DNA of 64,000 bases, taken from positions 253,744-317,743 of the forward strand of contig JBLWGC010000033.1 in NCBI GenBank assembly GCA_048772705.1, read 5' to 3'. Below are positions 52,085 to 64,000 of this stretch, piece after piece. Position 1 is the first letter of the stretch. The number at the start of each line of letters is the position of its first letter. The position numbers were made by a program, and so were the translations under genes. Below the pieces are notes generated by a model. The model was not told the DNA's origin. It worked only from the letters and a program-made list of their open reading frames with translations, and ran no database searches. Origin of the DNA: Leidyana gryllorum EB-2025a. Taxonomy: Eukaryota; Protista; Apicomplexa.

Positions 52085-55000
52085 TTAAGGCAAGCACTCG
52101 TCAGGGTGGTCGCAACACCAAGGGTTAAGGGCACAGGCGCTTAAAATAGACCTGTGACCAACTCTATCGGCTAGACGCGTTTGGATCCGACCAATATATG
52201 TGGCTGTCTCGTTGATGGGTCTTAATAAAGTCGAGTTGATGGTTGCATCAAATTGATCCTTGGCCAAGGTAACTCGGTCACCGAGTTGATTGACCCCTTC
52301 TCTCAACGGCGCCATTGTAGCGTTCCGTCGACTGAGTCGATCAGCCAAGATCTGATCTCGAGCTGTCAACTGTGTGGTCCTGGCATCCTCGATCGGGCCG
52401 ATGGCAGTAGCCCCAGCCCGCTGGACCCCACTCAACACGGTACTCGTCATATTGCCAAGTTGTTCCCATCTCTATAACGATTCATCATCATAATATGGCA
52501 TCCCAATTGTTATATCACTCACCTTCTCGAACTGATTGTACCCGAGATTTGGTACGGGCAATCCCAACGCTAAGGGGTTGCGACTCACCCCCGTGCGGTC
52601 TAAAATCCGGCCCAATATGCCTCCCCTCGGCTTTTCGTGCTCGTGTACTGGGGTGGCTGAGGGGTCTGCCAGTCTTGCGACCGGCTTGGGGGCAGATTCT
52701 CGATATTCGTCCTCGTCCTCGTCACCAACTTCAGCGTCGCTGTCTTCTCCGACCTCCTCCACTTGGAAACCACTCATCTGTGGTCCGTCTGCCACATACA
52801 GTGAAGCCGCGGCTTGACGGACTCCAAAGTTGGATGAGGTTGTTGCTCGAGGCACAGCCCCAGTGGCGAGATAATCCGCACTCATCCAGGAGAATTCCCC
52901 ATCTCCAGTCGGTCGGCGTGCCGGTGGACGTCGTGGGATCAAACGAATTGGCTCTTCGTAGTTGTTGATAATAAGTGGTCGGGCCCAAGCTGGAGTCACA
53001 GGTGTCAGAACTCTTCCCACCACATTCTCTGCCACACCCGCTAAACCGGGACCCTGCGGTCCAAAGACTCCCCAGATTGGACCCGGAAAGATAGGCGGTG
53101 GTGGACCATCAAACTGTTCTGGTTGTAATAAATCTTGGAACGCTTCGCGGTTGTCATCTGCCACACGGAGTTTCAGACGCACCAAATCACGCAGCACCGC
53201 CACCCACCAGGGGCTGCTCGTTTGACTGAGCATCGCGGTGACAGCTGTGACCAAATTGTCCACAACACCTCCGGCAATCGACAACAAACCCGAACCCGGA
53301 AAGATCCGACTGAGCAGCCCGCCCACCCCAGTTATGGGTGCGGCAGAAGCAGCCACAGCAGCGTTGGCACCTGCGGCCCCACCCGCCAGTGCGCCGATGA
53401 GGTCCTGTAACAGCAATGCTGCCCCAGCACCGCCAGTACCGTTTGCCACTGAACTAATCAAACTGCTCAGACCACCCAAGCCCCCTCCGCCGTTGTTCAC
53501 GACAATGGGTGCGATCCCAGGATACGGTTGATGGCTTCCAATGTCAATATGATTCACTGTCCCGCTCACACCACCGCCCCACCAATCCCCGTTAACCCAC
53601 GGAGGACTCCACGGCCCTGTTCCATTGCCCCACGGCCACGTTCCATTGCCCCACGGCCACGTACCGTTCCCTCCTGGCCACGTTCCATTCCCCCCCAACC
53701 ACGGCGGCAGAGGCATTGTGCCATTTCCACCAGCATCATGCCATCCTCCGAGCCAACCAATGAATAGGGGAAGCCAAGGCCAGCCTCCTCCCCAGCCTCC
53801 TCCCCAGCCTCCAAGTCCGCCTCCCCAGCCTCCCAGGCCTCCACCCCATTCACCCGGACCACCTCCCCAGCCGCCGCCTCCCCAGCCACCAGAGCCTCCA
53901 CCCCAGCCTCCACCCCAACCTCCAAGGCCACCGCCCCAGCCTCCCAGGCCTCCACCCCAGCCACCAGCACCTCCACCTCCGCCGTTCCATCTTCCCGGCC
54001 AGCCTCCTCCGTATCCGCCCGCTCCATATCCGAGCGGCCAGTTTCCGGTGAAGGGTCCGGCGTAGGTAGGATAGGTGCTGCCTCCACCGTAGGTACCATC
54101 GCGGTCAGGACCGATGCCACCAGTGTAACCCGGTCCCATACCGCCGTAGCCTCCGTGCCAGGCTCCACTGGACCAGCCAGTAGGCACTGTCCCGGGCACA
54201 GCATCTATGGGGGCTCCACCACTAACGTCACCTACGACAGCTGCTTGCTCTTCCTGGTACCCGTTCTCAGCCGCCTCCATCAGTAGAAGGGGGAAGAGGG
54301 CGCCATAGTGTTTGCCCAGCCAGGCGTCGATGGTACTGTTACTCGCTGTCAAATTGCCAACTGGCAATTTGATCCGAGAAGCCGGTCTCGCAGCGGTTGT
54401 GCTAGACGAGTTTGATTGGTTCGCAGGGGGAAAGTAAGTGTCCCATATGGAAGTGAGCGTTTTGTTGTCTCCAGCGCGATCGGTCGGAGGGAACCACGGC
54501 TTCGAGGCCAACCACATCTTCAAAAGAACAGCGGGAGGCAACGGCACCGTCGGATCACCGGCAATCGATCTTTGTACCATCAGCATCTTCTGGGCCCAGG
54601 GCCTCGCTGTATAGGGATGATTCGCCCAGAACCGATCAAGCAGACGGGCTCCAGGGATTCCAGCAGCCGCAGCATACCGTAAAGTCAGACTGCGCCACCT
54701 CTCATCCAAATCTATACGCGAGATAGGACCATTCGAAAACACCGCCTCCCGGATCATCGGAAGGGGACGTCGTACCTGAAACTCCAACAAACGGATAAGG
54801 TCTTCTGGGTCTCTGTACACCGTCTCAAACTGGTTCACTGGTGCTTTCTGAAACATCTGCGGCGACGGCGGTATCATCCAGGGTGGGGGAGGGGAGAAAG
54901 GCATATAAGGTACAAAGCTATCCACAAACTCTCGCGCTTGCCCGATCAAGTCGACCTCCTCACTCTCGGACTCCTCTTGGGAGTCCTCAATGTCGTCATT

Positions 55001-55798
55001 CTCATTCATTGGATTCGTCAAAGCAATAGATTGGGCGGATGCCCTGTCGTGAACAATCTCCTCGTCATCGGGGAGGACTACAAAAACATCATCGTGTGAT
55101 AGTGGAGCGATACGGCGAAGATGATGGGCTGCCAACCAAGCCTGCTTCTTCTGCAATTCCTGGCGCTCCTGCGCATCTGCAACCTGATCCAAAACTTCCT
55201 GATCAATCACCACAGCGTCGTCCTCCAACGGATTCATCAGCGTTACTTTAGGTACTCGCACTTGAGACAATAAGGTCACACTAGCTGGAATTTTATCTAA
55301 CAGCTTATCCTTCACTTTATCTTTCATTATTTTCCTCTGAGCTTGCCGTACACGGGAGAAGGTACTGTTCACCGGAGGAATGTACTCAGACATCAAATGC
55401 AATGCTTCTCGCTGCCATAACGGCATCGTATTCAGCAAATCAGAAAAGTCGTTCACAGGCCCTATACCCGATGTCTGACCCAGCTCATCGGTGATAAAAG
55501 GTATCAACGAACTCCCTTTCGACGCATGACGTACAGAGACCAGCTCAGGATGACGAATGTCGTCCATCTCGCGACGCCGGAACGGATTAGGAGGCAGATC
55601 TGCCAACTCCTGCGTCAAAGACGTCCCAGACTCCTTCCGCATCTCCTCCTCTATCAAGTACAGAGCCTCCAGAAGCAACAGCTCCTCAAGATCTTCGTGT
55701 AACTCATTAACAGCCCCCACATGATCTTCATTTGATAAAAAATCAGTCGCAGCATACGCCACAAGGCCCCAAAAGGTGAGACGCCAGACGTACATCAT
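52085..55798 (-). CDS. Large secreted protein with Gly/Trp-rich repeats (intron 52522-52472)
   Basis: Signal peptide MMYVWRLTFWGLVAYAA; GGWGGG repeats; NGTWPWG repeats. A phase-0 GTGAGT...TAG intron continues into ORF 52085..52450. The extreme 3' end is uncertain. Confidence 0.75.
53575..54010 (-). repeat. Coding Gly-Trp repeat tract (GGWGGG(L/W) and (G)NGTWP(W/G)G units)
   Basis: Repeated cctccccagcc / ccacggccacgttccattgccc units on the + strand. Confidence 0.85.
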
Positions 55799-55904
55799 AA
55801 ACTGCTTTGCCTCCGATCAACGGATGACGATGTTTGTCTCAACTTGTCTGGACACAAATACAACCTTAACAAATTGCGAGCAATCACAAACTGGGCTAAC
55901 TTCA

Positions 55905-56858
55905 TCATGCATCATCAATCCGTATGATACCCTCCAAAGATGTGCGAAGTCTGCCTAAGAGCATATCCATCCACCACGGCGGTGTAATAGTCTCCCGCAG
56001 ATTCTTGATTGGAGTAACTACACGTAAAGCAAAATTCCTCCCGAAGGTTCCAAGAATACTTCCAAAACCGGGCTCTAGATCCTGAGATTGTTCGTCCTCA
56101 TCTGGCCGGAAGATCGCCGGAAACCACGGACGAGATTGTAGCCAAGTTCTCCATATTGACCCAGGTGTAGTCCGTTGGTCGATCGCATCGCGATCCATAT
56201 CAGGAATCAACATGTCCATGTGACCTGGGGGCCCCATCATTGGGGGAGGAATATCTCTGGGGCTCAATGCCTTCTGAATCAAATGCATTTTCACATGCCA
56301 TGGTTGGGATTGATCATCATCATCAAAATGGCTTTGGTGAATGAAGTGGCCGTTCATTATGTCCTCCACGGGGTAACCGAGGGCGGCGGCATAACGCAGT
56401 GCCAGATGCTTCCAAGCAAGAGTGACAGGGGACTGCTGACAAACCGCTTCACAATTGTCCATATGGTGATAGTGATCATGATGATGTTGATGATGATTCA
56501 GGTTCTCATTATGTGCCCCCTTGTGGTGATGTTGGTGATATGGCCAACCGAACTTGTCTTGGGGCATGAAGCCACCGTCCATCAACCTTCCTCTCAGGCT
56601 TCCTGGCCCCAAACGCGGAATGAACAACGAGCCCTCTGTTGATCGAGCCTCAGGCGTATCAAAGCCTTCCAACACCTCTTCCGGAGTATCAGGGGGTTCA
56701 CTGTCGATCTGCACGGCATCCACCATCAGCAATCCTTCTAGTTCAGTGTGCAGACTCAATATCTCAGCTTCTTTGGATGTTAAAACATGAACGTTCTCGC
56801 CTGTGGCTACGTCAAGCAGTAATCCCAGGTAGCATAAAAGCGCCAATGGTACCCACAT
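55905..56858 (-). CDS. Secreted His-rich protein, paralogue of the adjacent Gly/Trp-rich protein
   Basis: Signal peptide MWVPLALLCYLGLLLDVATG; HHQHHHDHYHH; shared blocks LHxxLExLL, WxxLxLRYAAAxG, WLxSxPWFP. Confidence 0.75.
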   Translation of the reverse strand: MWVPLALLCYLGLLLDVATGENVHVLTSKEAEILSLHTELEGLLMVDAVQIDSEPPDTPEEVLEGFDTPEARSTEGSLFIPRLGPGSLRGRLMDGGFMPQDKFGWPYHQHHHKGAHNENLNHHQHHHDHYHHMDNCEAVCQQSPVTLAWKHLALRYAAALGYPVEDIMNGHFIHQSHFDDDDQSQPWHVKMHLIQKALSPRDIPPPMMGPPGHMDMLIPDMDRDAIDQRTTPGSIWRTWLQSRPWFPAIFRPDEDEQSQDLEPGFGSILGTFGRNFALRVVTPIKNLRETITPPWWMDMLLGRLRTSLEGIIRIDDA

Positions 56859-56911
56859 TTTTGGGGTGACAGGTAGCAGCACACGTGTGTTTGCGAGACT
56901 GCCGGCACTTA

Positions 56912-57812
56912 TCAGACCTTCATATGCTTGTTGGAGTCAACTCCCAAGCCGCAAACCTCCAATGTCTTCGCTGACAGAACATACGCAGAGATAGCCGAAC
57001 GCTCCAAGTGTTCACGCATGGTAGATCGCATCAGACGCGCGATGTCCAATGCGGCTTGGGTTCCGGCATTCATGAGCTGAGTCAGTACAGTTGCGTCGAT
57101 TCTGCTCTCACATATCACAACAGATACATTCTTGGAACGTTCCACTACGGCCAATGTAAGTTCTGCTTGTGCCGCAGACGTTTCATTGGCGTTCGGATCT
57201 GTGACGCGCAATGTGATCGAATGACAGTACTGAAGACTCACCAATGACAACTTGGTTCTCTAGATATGCAACTGTAATCGCGCAAGGCACATCTGTGAGA
57301 GCAATCCCTGCTCTCATCAGCGCCAGCACGGTAGCGTTTATGCAGGCAGACAGAATTCCGCCATCGGCTCCGAGTACAGTGAGTTGAACAAGAATCTTTC
57401 CCTTGGACCGAGTCGTCACCAAGACTCCTTCGCAAGCGCTCTGGACAGTCTGAGCGTAGGAGGCATTGAGTCGTTCATTGCGTCGCGGTCGCCGTTCAGA
57501 TCCAGCGAAGGTTGCCCACGAGATGTCAACCGCTAATTGGTGGTTCGAGTTCATTTGTTTGGCGAAGCGGGTCTGAGATAGTATAATGCGTGACAAGGGC
57601 GTTGGGGGTCTCTCGGTGCTTACGGTGCTACAGTCGATGACCTGGGCCAGTATCTGGGTACTGCCTTGGGTATACAATGCGGCACCAGTATCCGCGGGGC
57701 TGAAAGAAGTGAAGTCATCAGTAAGGCGTTCGAGCTTGATGTCCACATGGCGGTGTTGCTGAAGCTTGCGACCGTCCTGGCGCAAGTGCAGAGGAGATAT
57801 CAGGTCGGACAT
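56912..57812 (-). CDS. RRP41: Exosome RNase PH-like subunit Rrp41 (intron 57241-57199)
   Basis: RQDGRK, GAALYTQGSTQILAQV, ATFAGSERR, VLGADGGILSACINATVLAL..AGI, spliced VIDPNANE. Confidence 0.8.
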
Positions 57813-57832
57813 GAGAGCTCGCAATCAAAAAA

Positions 57833-58399
57833 CTAAATGATGCTTTCAATTTTGCTAACAGCATCTTGTACTGGGCCAAGGTCACTTCCAACATTTCTGC
57901 AATCATCAAAGGCGTCAGCAAGTGCCAGCCGTAGTTTCTCAAATCCCTCGGGGTCATCTTTTGCAGCTTGCAGTAAAGATTGGTATGTCCAATGCTCCAG
58001 AGCATCTTCCAGATAAGGCATTCGGTCTTTGAGACCGGGTGGCTTTTCACCCATCATTACGCTAGCTGTATCTCTGAGGTCTTGGGCGACCCAGGCTTTA
58101 TCATGTTTAGGGTCGGGCACCCGCAAGGCGTTGATAAGCGGTTCGGCGACTCTACGGAGCAGAAAGGCCAGTTTGGGTGCGGCCTTCTTGGCTTTCGCAG
58201 TGCTTATTTCGCCTTCTGCCAAGTCCACCATGTGAGCAATAGCAGTGCTGACGGGGTTCTGTTTGCCTTGTCCCTCGAGCTTAACCGCGAATAATAAAGC
58301 CGCCAACAAGAAGGCTGAGTCACGTTCACACACAGAGGCATCTGCTGCAGGATCCACTTCGATTGTTTCCCGCGCGAAGTGACAAACTCTCAATATATC
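57833..58399 (-). CDS. Helical hypothetical protein exon, probably the 3' exon of the Pro-rich gene upstream
   Basis: The open frame begins at a TGCAG acceptor with no nearby ATG. I could not resolve the linking intron. Confidence 0.45.
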   Translation of the reverse strand, partial: DILRVCHFARETIEVDPAADASVCERDSAFLLAALLFAVKLEGQGKQNPVSTAIAHMVDLAEGEISTAKAKKAAPKLAFLLRRVAEPLINALRVPDPKHDKAWVAQDLRDTASVMMGEKPPGLKDRMPYLEDALEHWTYQSLLQAAKDDPEGFEKLRLALADAFDDCRNVGSDLGPVQDAVSKIESII

Positions 58400-58514
58400 C
58401 TGCACCGAACATTGGGGCGGCGCTCATCTCATTTGACGCAGTCATGCACTACTGTGTGGTGGAGACAGATGGAATCGCATCCAGAACGACACGCACACGC
58501 GCGCGCGCACACAC

Positions 58515-59671
58515 TCATAACATTGCATATATAGGTCGACGGGCTTTGTCTTGGGAGTTGGTACGGACGAAATTGGAACTTACTTTCTTTTCTCGTTCGT
58601 CAAGCAAGTCGACCATCTTATTGCGATCGCGAGTACGAAGTCCGGTACCGCCCGCTGCTTTCGCGTTGGGTACGGGACTGCGTGTGCCGCGAGCTGGAGG
58701 CGGCTTCTTGGCAGCAGCTTTGTATTTGGGTGCGCCTTTGGTGGTCGAGGAGGGCGAAAGGTTTTCGGGATCTGCGAGGAACAAGAATAAGATGTGGACA
58801 ATGGAACGCCGACTTTCTGCTCACGGAGGAGGAGCGAGAATCGACGGCGGGAGAACTCCCCACCTTTGCTAGGTACTCCCAGAGATCCCACTCGGCTTCG
58901 GAATTCTTTTTCACTCATTGGTACGGGGGCATCGATGGCCTGTGGGGACTCTTCCTGCTTGTTGGCCGGTAGAGGTAGCTGCAGAGGGGCCTCATCAGAC
59001 TTAGGATCGCGTCTGTTGGCCCCATCATCGACTGTTTGAGCTGGTGGGGTGGGGGTCGGTGGTGTGGGGCGATTCTCGTCGCTGGGCGGTATAGCACTTG
59101 GCGGTAGCGACGGAGGAGTTATAGTGGGAGCCGGTTGAGCAGCGTCTTGAGTCACTTCCAGGACTGTGGGGAGGGGCTGGACGACCGGTTCTGGTGGAGG
59201 CGGACTCTTGACAGCAACTGGGGGAGGGGGTGGCTGTGCGACTTGGATGACGGGTGTAGCGGCGGGGGGTGGTGGTGGCGGCGGCGGCACGACACGGTCA
59301 GCAATAGGCGCTTGGGATTCTTGGACGATGCTAATTTCGGGTTGCTGTTCAGACGGTGCTCGTTGAGTACTCTCCTCCGCTATGGCGGCTAGTCTCGGTG
59401 CTGAATCCTCGCTCGACTTGCGTAGCAAAGGGACCGGTTGAGGGAATCGCGGCGGCGAAGGAGCAGTGTTGGTTGGCGGAGTGGACGCTGATCGCGGAGT
59501 GATCACGACCTTCTCTCTTTGCCTATATTCGGAAGTGGGAGTCACAGATACATAACCATGGATCTGAGTGTCGTATCGGCGCGGGGAGGGGGACGGTTGG
59601 TCTGGTAAAAGTAACTCAGGTACCCGAATCCCGCCAGTGTGGGATCCGCGCGGTGTACAACAGATGAACAT
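58515..59671 (-). CDS. Pro-rich hypothetical protein with N-terminal MFICC (intron 58824-58772)
   Basis: A phase-1 GTGAGC...CAG intron joins ORF 58580..59671 to 58515..58784. Poly-Pro tracts; the N-terminal di-Cys could be palmitoylated. Confidence 0.55.
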
Positions 59672-59926
59672 CGTAGTGTATACAGAAATCTATCCCAATG
59701 AAAATTCCAGCCCTCTCCTCCTGTGACTGACAAATTGGAGAGGGAAAATCAATCTGCCGGAGGCCGCGGCCCTGCCCCACACCGATGTATCTGTAGGGCA
59801 GCGGTTTCTCACTCTCTTTCTTCGACTCAATCATCAATCATCGATGCCACATATGACTGACTGCCACTCCGCCCTTCCGCCTTCCCCCCCCTCCTCACTC
59901 GTGTTCGATTTGTTCCTTCAGGCATC

Positions 59927-62900
59927 ATGACTTCGTGTATGAGCTCGCGTTACAATCTGGTCAACACGGGCAAAATGAGCAACAGACAGGCCATTTGGGT
60001 CACCTCAGTGTTGCCTTTTGCTCTTCTGTGGTTGGCACCGGGCATTGAGAGTATCCTGGACGTCGCTGACATCTTTCTCAGTCTCGCAGCGCTCCTGTGT
60101 AACTTTATCGCTCCCGTCTTATGCTACATTGCTGCCCACAACAAGTCTCCCCTGGCGGTGAGGGACTCGGTTAGAAAGGACATTCTCCGAATGTCCATTA
60201 CTGCTTTCAAGCCCAAACGTAAGAGTTGAATGGCTGTTTAAGCGCTCGAGAGAAAGCCGTTTGCCGCTTACAGATGGGAGTATGACTGATATTCAGGCGC
60301 ACCTGCGTCACTGGGCCAAATACGCCGGAGGCTGTGATCCTCAATTAAAGTTATTGTTGCGATGCGCGTCTCCGACTAAGCGTGCGGCTGTGGTAGCGCG
60401 GCTGACGACTCGAGCGAGTGTGGAGGACGACGGTTCCGAGAGTTATTACTCTCGCAGCAGAACCGATGACGAGATGCCAGGTGCTTTACAAAGAAGTCAG
60501 CGCAGTGGAAGTGCCCCGCTGGCTTTAGGTTCCGGTTCCGAGCGGTCCGAGCCACTGCAGCGCAGCCATTCGTCGGGTCCGATGGCGCCCGCGCACAATG
60601 AATGGCGCGCTCTCCAGTCGACTGATGACGATGAGGTCAATACCGCCGACAGTTCGACCTCAACTCCGCCGATATTGCGTGTGTGGCGAGATCGATACCC
60701 CGTTGAGATGTTGGTGGAACACCATCAACAGAATGCCTTTGGGGCGGCTACAGGTCCACCGAGCGCTCCGTCTTCTCGAGCCTCGGAAGAAAGTATTAGT
60801 ATGGAAGAAGAAGAAAGTTTCTCAGAGGTGCCTCGCCCCACTGGCGGCGCTGATCCGACTTTGCGCACCTCGTCGCTCACGACCCCCAAGCCAGCGCACA
60901 AGAGGTTTCTACATTTGGAGAGTAACATTCGTGTATTACCGGATAAGCTGTTATGCTCCAGTCAAGATGAGGGCCCAACTTCCGCAGCCGAAGAAAGTAA
61001 CGATGAAGGTGACTCGTGGTGTGGCGGTGGAGTGGGAGGGGTAGCGGCTCCGCGTCCTATCCAAGTATTCGAGGGCCCCAGCATATTGCTGCAGTCGGTC
61101 TCGATCGAAGAGGATGAGATCGAAGGGGATGAAAACAGTGAATCCCACCCCAAACCTCCAGAGATCAATGTTCTGGTGACATCCAACGATCAGTTGGCTA
61201 AGGAGATGATGACTGAATCTCCTCCGCCTCCCCCGCAGCTCAACAGTCGTCTACGGTCGCCCTCCACTGACGCCCAACCTCCCTGCACTCCCAAACGATC
61301 TGCACCGAGAGCCATCCGATTCGACGACGCCGACGATGACGGAGACCTGAGCTGGCACGGCGGCCCCGCGCCAGGCCAAAGACGATTCTCGTATGGGAGC
61401 AGTCTCAGCGCGAGTGTTCCCAGTCTCAACGGCCCCCGGCGAGGGAGTGTGGTCAAATTCGCAGTCGCGGAAACCGACGAACACAACCCCCCGACTCCCG
61501 CTACAGCAGCCCGAACAGTTATGGAACGCCGACGACGACGGATGAGCAGCCTGGGCAGTGAGATTGGTACTCCTCGGATGAAGTTGGCAGGCGGCAAAGG
61601 CATGGCTTTACTCAGACGCACAAACACGAGCTTCGTGCCCCCTCCCCCTCAGCTCGACTTTAGCAATGTCCGCACCGGAATCCAACCCTCACCGCGCCGC
61701 TCCGCCCGCCCTACACACATAAAACATCAGCTGCCTCGACGCAAAACGGGACACGTCTTGTTGCCGGGCGGTCTCACGAGTGCCTTCGAGGACGACGAGG
61801 AGGAAGAGGAGTTCAAAGCCGAGTTGGCGCGACTGCGAGAAACCGCCGAGCCTCAGTGGTCGGAGCAGGTCGATCGCGAGGTCAATGAGTTGTACCCCTC
61901 CCGGAGCCGCGTCTCCAGTGAAGTCAGACAGTCGAGACGCCGAACAAAGTGGCAAACCATCCGGAAGCCACGAGACCTCACCAAGTCGGCCGACATCACT
62001 GAACACTTTCTCGCTCACCCACGGAAGGTCACTGACAAGTCCAGTAACTCTTCGATGATCAAACTGGAAAAACGGCCCAGAGCCGCCTCGGAACGGAGGG
62101 GAAACCTCCAAGAAATCATCCAACCGCAGTCTGAAGAGACTGCGGACCTCCTCACCGACCGACCAGAGCAACACGGCACCCCCATCCCAACGCTGGCCAA
62201 GAAAGGACATCCTGTCGAGGCACACACGCCGCAAGCAAACGAAGAGAGTAAAGAGGACGAGAAAGGTGGTTTGCGACTCGGCGATGGATCGCTTTGGCCG
62301 CCAGTCGAGGAATATACGCCTCATAAGGTCAAGAAGTGGATTGTGGAACGACCCGATATAGATGAGAAAATATATCTGGACATCTGGACTCTTCAAAGAT
62401 TGGCCTATATGGTATTGGATGACTCTCCAAACGCCGCACCGGACTCTCTCGCGGCTCAAATTGCGAAGAATGGGACTGATTGTGACACCCCAGAGATGAT
62501 CGATGCACTTCAAGAACGTTTTGGTATTTCTATCGTCGCGAAAGTCCGACAACACAGACATTCGCACGCACCCTTCCCTGCCGCCCCCCTTCGGGCATCT
62601 CCAAGGATCAGTCCCGGACCTCTCATTGAGAGTGTGATGAGATCTGCCAACCCTCGCAGTGCCCCCCGCGACACCCCCACTGTGGCTATCACCCCTTCGC
62701 CCAACCCCTTCTGTACATCCGCCTACTCCCCATCAATCCCGACCATCCCTGAGCTGCCCCTCTCTTGCAATGCTCCACCACCTTTGGACACCAACCGCTC
62801 CTTCTTGCCAACTCCCTCCGAACAGTTCAGCGCCAGGAAACTCGATGTCTGGCGGTCGCCCGCCGGTGCCATGGGCAATCGCGAGCGCTCCTGCTCGGAG

Positions 62901-63866
62901 AGTATCTTCCGCCCGGAACCCGCTCCCGCCAAAACCATGTTTGATCGGAGATCCTCCTTGGGACGGGTCACCTTCAACGACGTCATCATGCAGCCGCCCC
63001 AATCGTCTGGATCCCTCAGCGGGGGTAATCTGACGGCCAGACTGGGCGGCAGCTTGCTGCACTACGGATCCGGCAGTGGAGAAGGTAGCCCGGAACGTAC
63101 CTGGGTGTCCGGCTTTACCCAATTTGCGAAACGTATGTCCAGCTTCAGCCTCAAACGTCTGAGCACAAGAGAGTCCGAACTCGACTGGATGATGGAGGGC
63201 AATCGGTATAGAGGCGGGGACTCTGGCGGAGCAGATGTATTCAGTGCTGAAAATCTCTTGAATCTGGAAGATGATGATCTTTCAAGCGATGAGAGCAGTA
63301 CTGTAACGTTGGACTCGGACGAATCCCTCAGCACCCAAAGTAGCAGTACTACACCAAGCGAAGATGTATCCCAGTCAGAGACGTCATGGAATCACACAGC
63401 AAGTATGGACCAACGTACTAGTCTGAATCTAACTCGAGGGACCGGAACCGACACCGAAGATGGAGGAGGTGCACATCAGCGGCGAGATGGACGGGCCATG
63501 ACCGGTGATAGGAAACGCCATGTGAGAATGCGACGTCCTAAAGTACGCCGCATAGAAGTCTTCCCCTTCAAGTTCATGGTTCGGTATCAACGCGCATTCT
63601 TATACTTCATTCTCTACTGGCTCGTTCTAACACCCGCGGTCCTTTTATTCCTGGATAGCGTCAGCCGCAGCGAAATCCAAGCATCGCCACGGCTGGACCT
63701 TGTCATTGATGCTTCAAGTCTTTTCGATCAGTCTGTCGTCCAAAGCAGCGAGAAGGGTATAACGAGCATTCGAACACCCATGTGGCAGATGCCAACTCGC
63801 CGCCTGCTTCTCGATCCTCTACTGCGGCATATGGAGAAACAAGACGAACAGTGTCCCGTAGTCTAG
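59927..63866 (+). CDS. Membrane protein resembling the C-terminal part of an amino-acid-transporter-like family, with a ~1,100-aa disordered insert (intron 60219-60273)
   Basis: RYNLVNTG...AIWVTSVLPF...LCNFIAPVLCY TM block. A phase-1 GTAAGA...CAG intron joins it to the 1201-aa ORF, which ends in a TM segment FLYFILYWLVLTPAVLLFL. Confidence 0.6.
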
Positions 63867-64000
63867 CTGTTGATAACAAATATCGCCCCCGCCTCCACGG
63901 TTTCAGGGGCATATCACATAACATTACAACAGCTATTCTTCAATTTCTTAGACTGCTTGAACATTTGTTGTGTGTTGGCCGACAAAATCTGACCACAGAT

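Noticed and set aside
53575-54010. GW/WG repeats as Argonaute-binding hooks
   Set aside because: The protein has a signal peptide and N-glycosylation sequons within the repeat region, which favours an extracellular structural role.
35902-56890. Recurrent CACACGTGT palindrome-like motif (near 35902, 37955, 43990, 47890, 56880)
   Set aside because: It occurs in introns, coding sequence and intergenic DNA alike and overlaps CA/GT microsatellite-like runs, with no positional consistency.
1-64000. tRNA, rRNA, transposase or reverse transcriptase genes
   Set aside because: None recognised by eye. A tRNAscan-SE/Infernal run would be needed to exclude small RNAs.

Overview
Eukaryotic, very gene-dense DNA with short GT-AG introns (most of those I could place are 31-65 nt). 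A plasmepsin V/ASP5-type protease points to an apicomplexan, most plausibly a gregarine-like lineage (inference). The standout region is 12.3-32.7 kb: seven intronless minus-strand genes that each encode THREE glutathione S-transferase (sigma-like, Tyr-type) units fused head to tail, followed by one ordinary single-domain GST. Five of the seven share a repeated TGGGACA element just upstream. Next to this array are three tandem F-box-like paralogues. The rest contains FolC, a UTP6-like gene, a PP2C-fold pseudophosphatase, two tandem HAD 5'(3')-nucleotidases, the aspartyl protease, a membrane-anchored lipoyl-less E2 acyltransferase, SLU7, FCF1, MPG, RRP41, a pair of novel secreted paralogues, large low-complexity proteins and a transporter-like gene lacking its N-terminal part. 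Divergent start codons are as little as 17 bp apart. Exon structures were worked out by hand from splice signals and reading-frame phase, and all family calls come from recognised motifs, not database searches.
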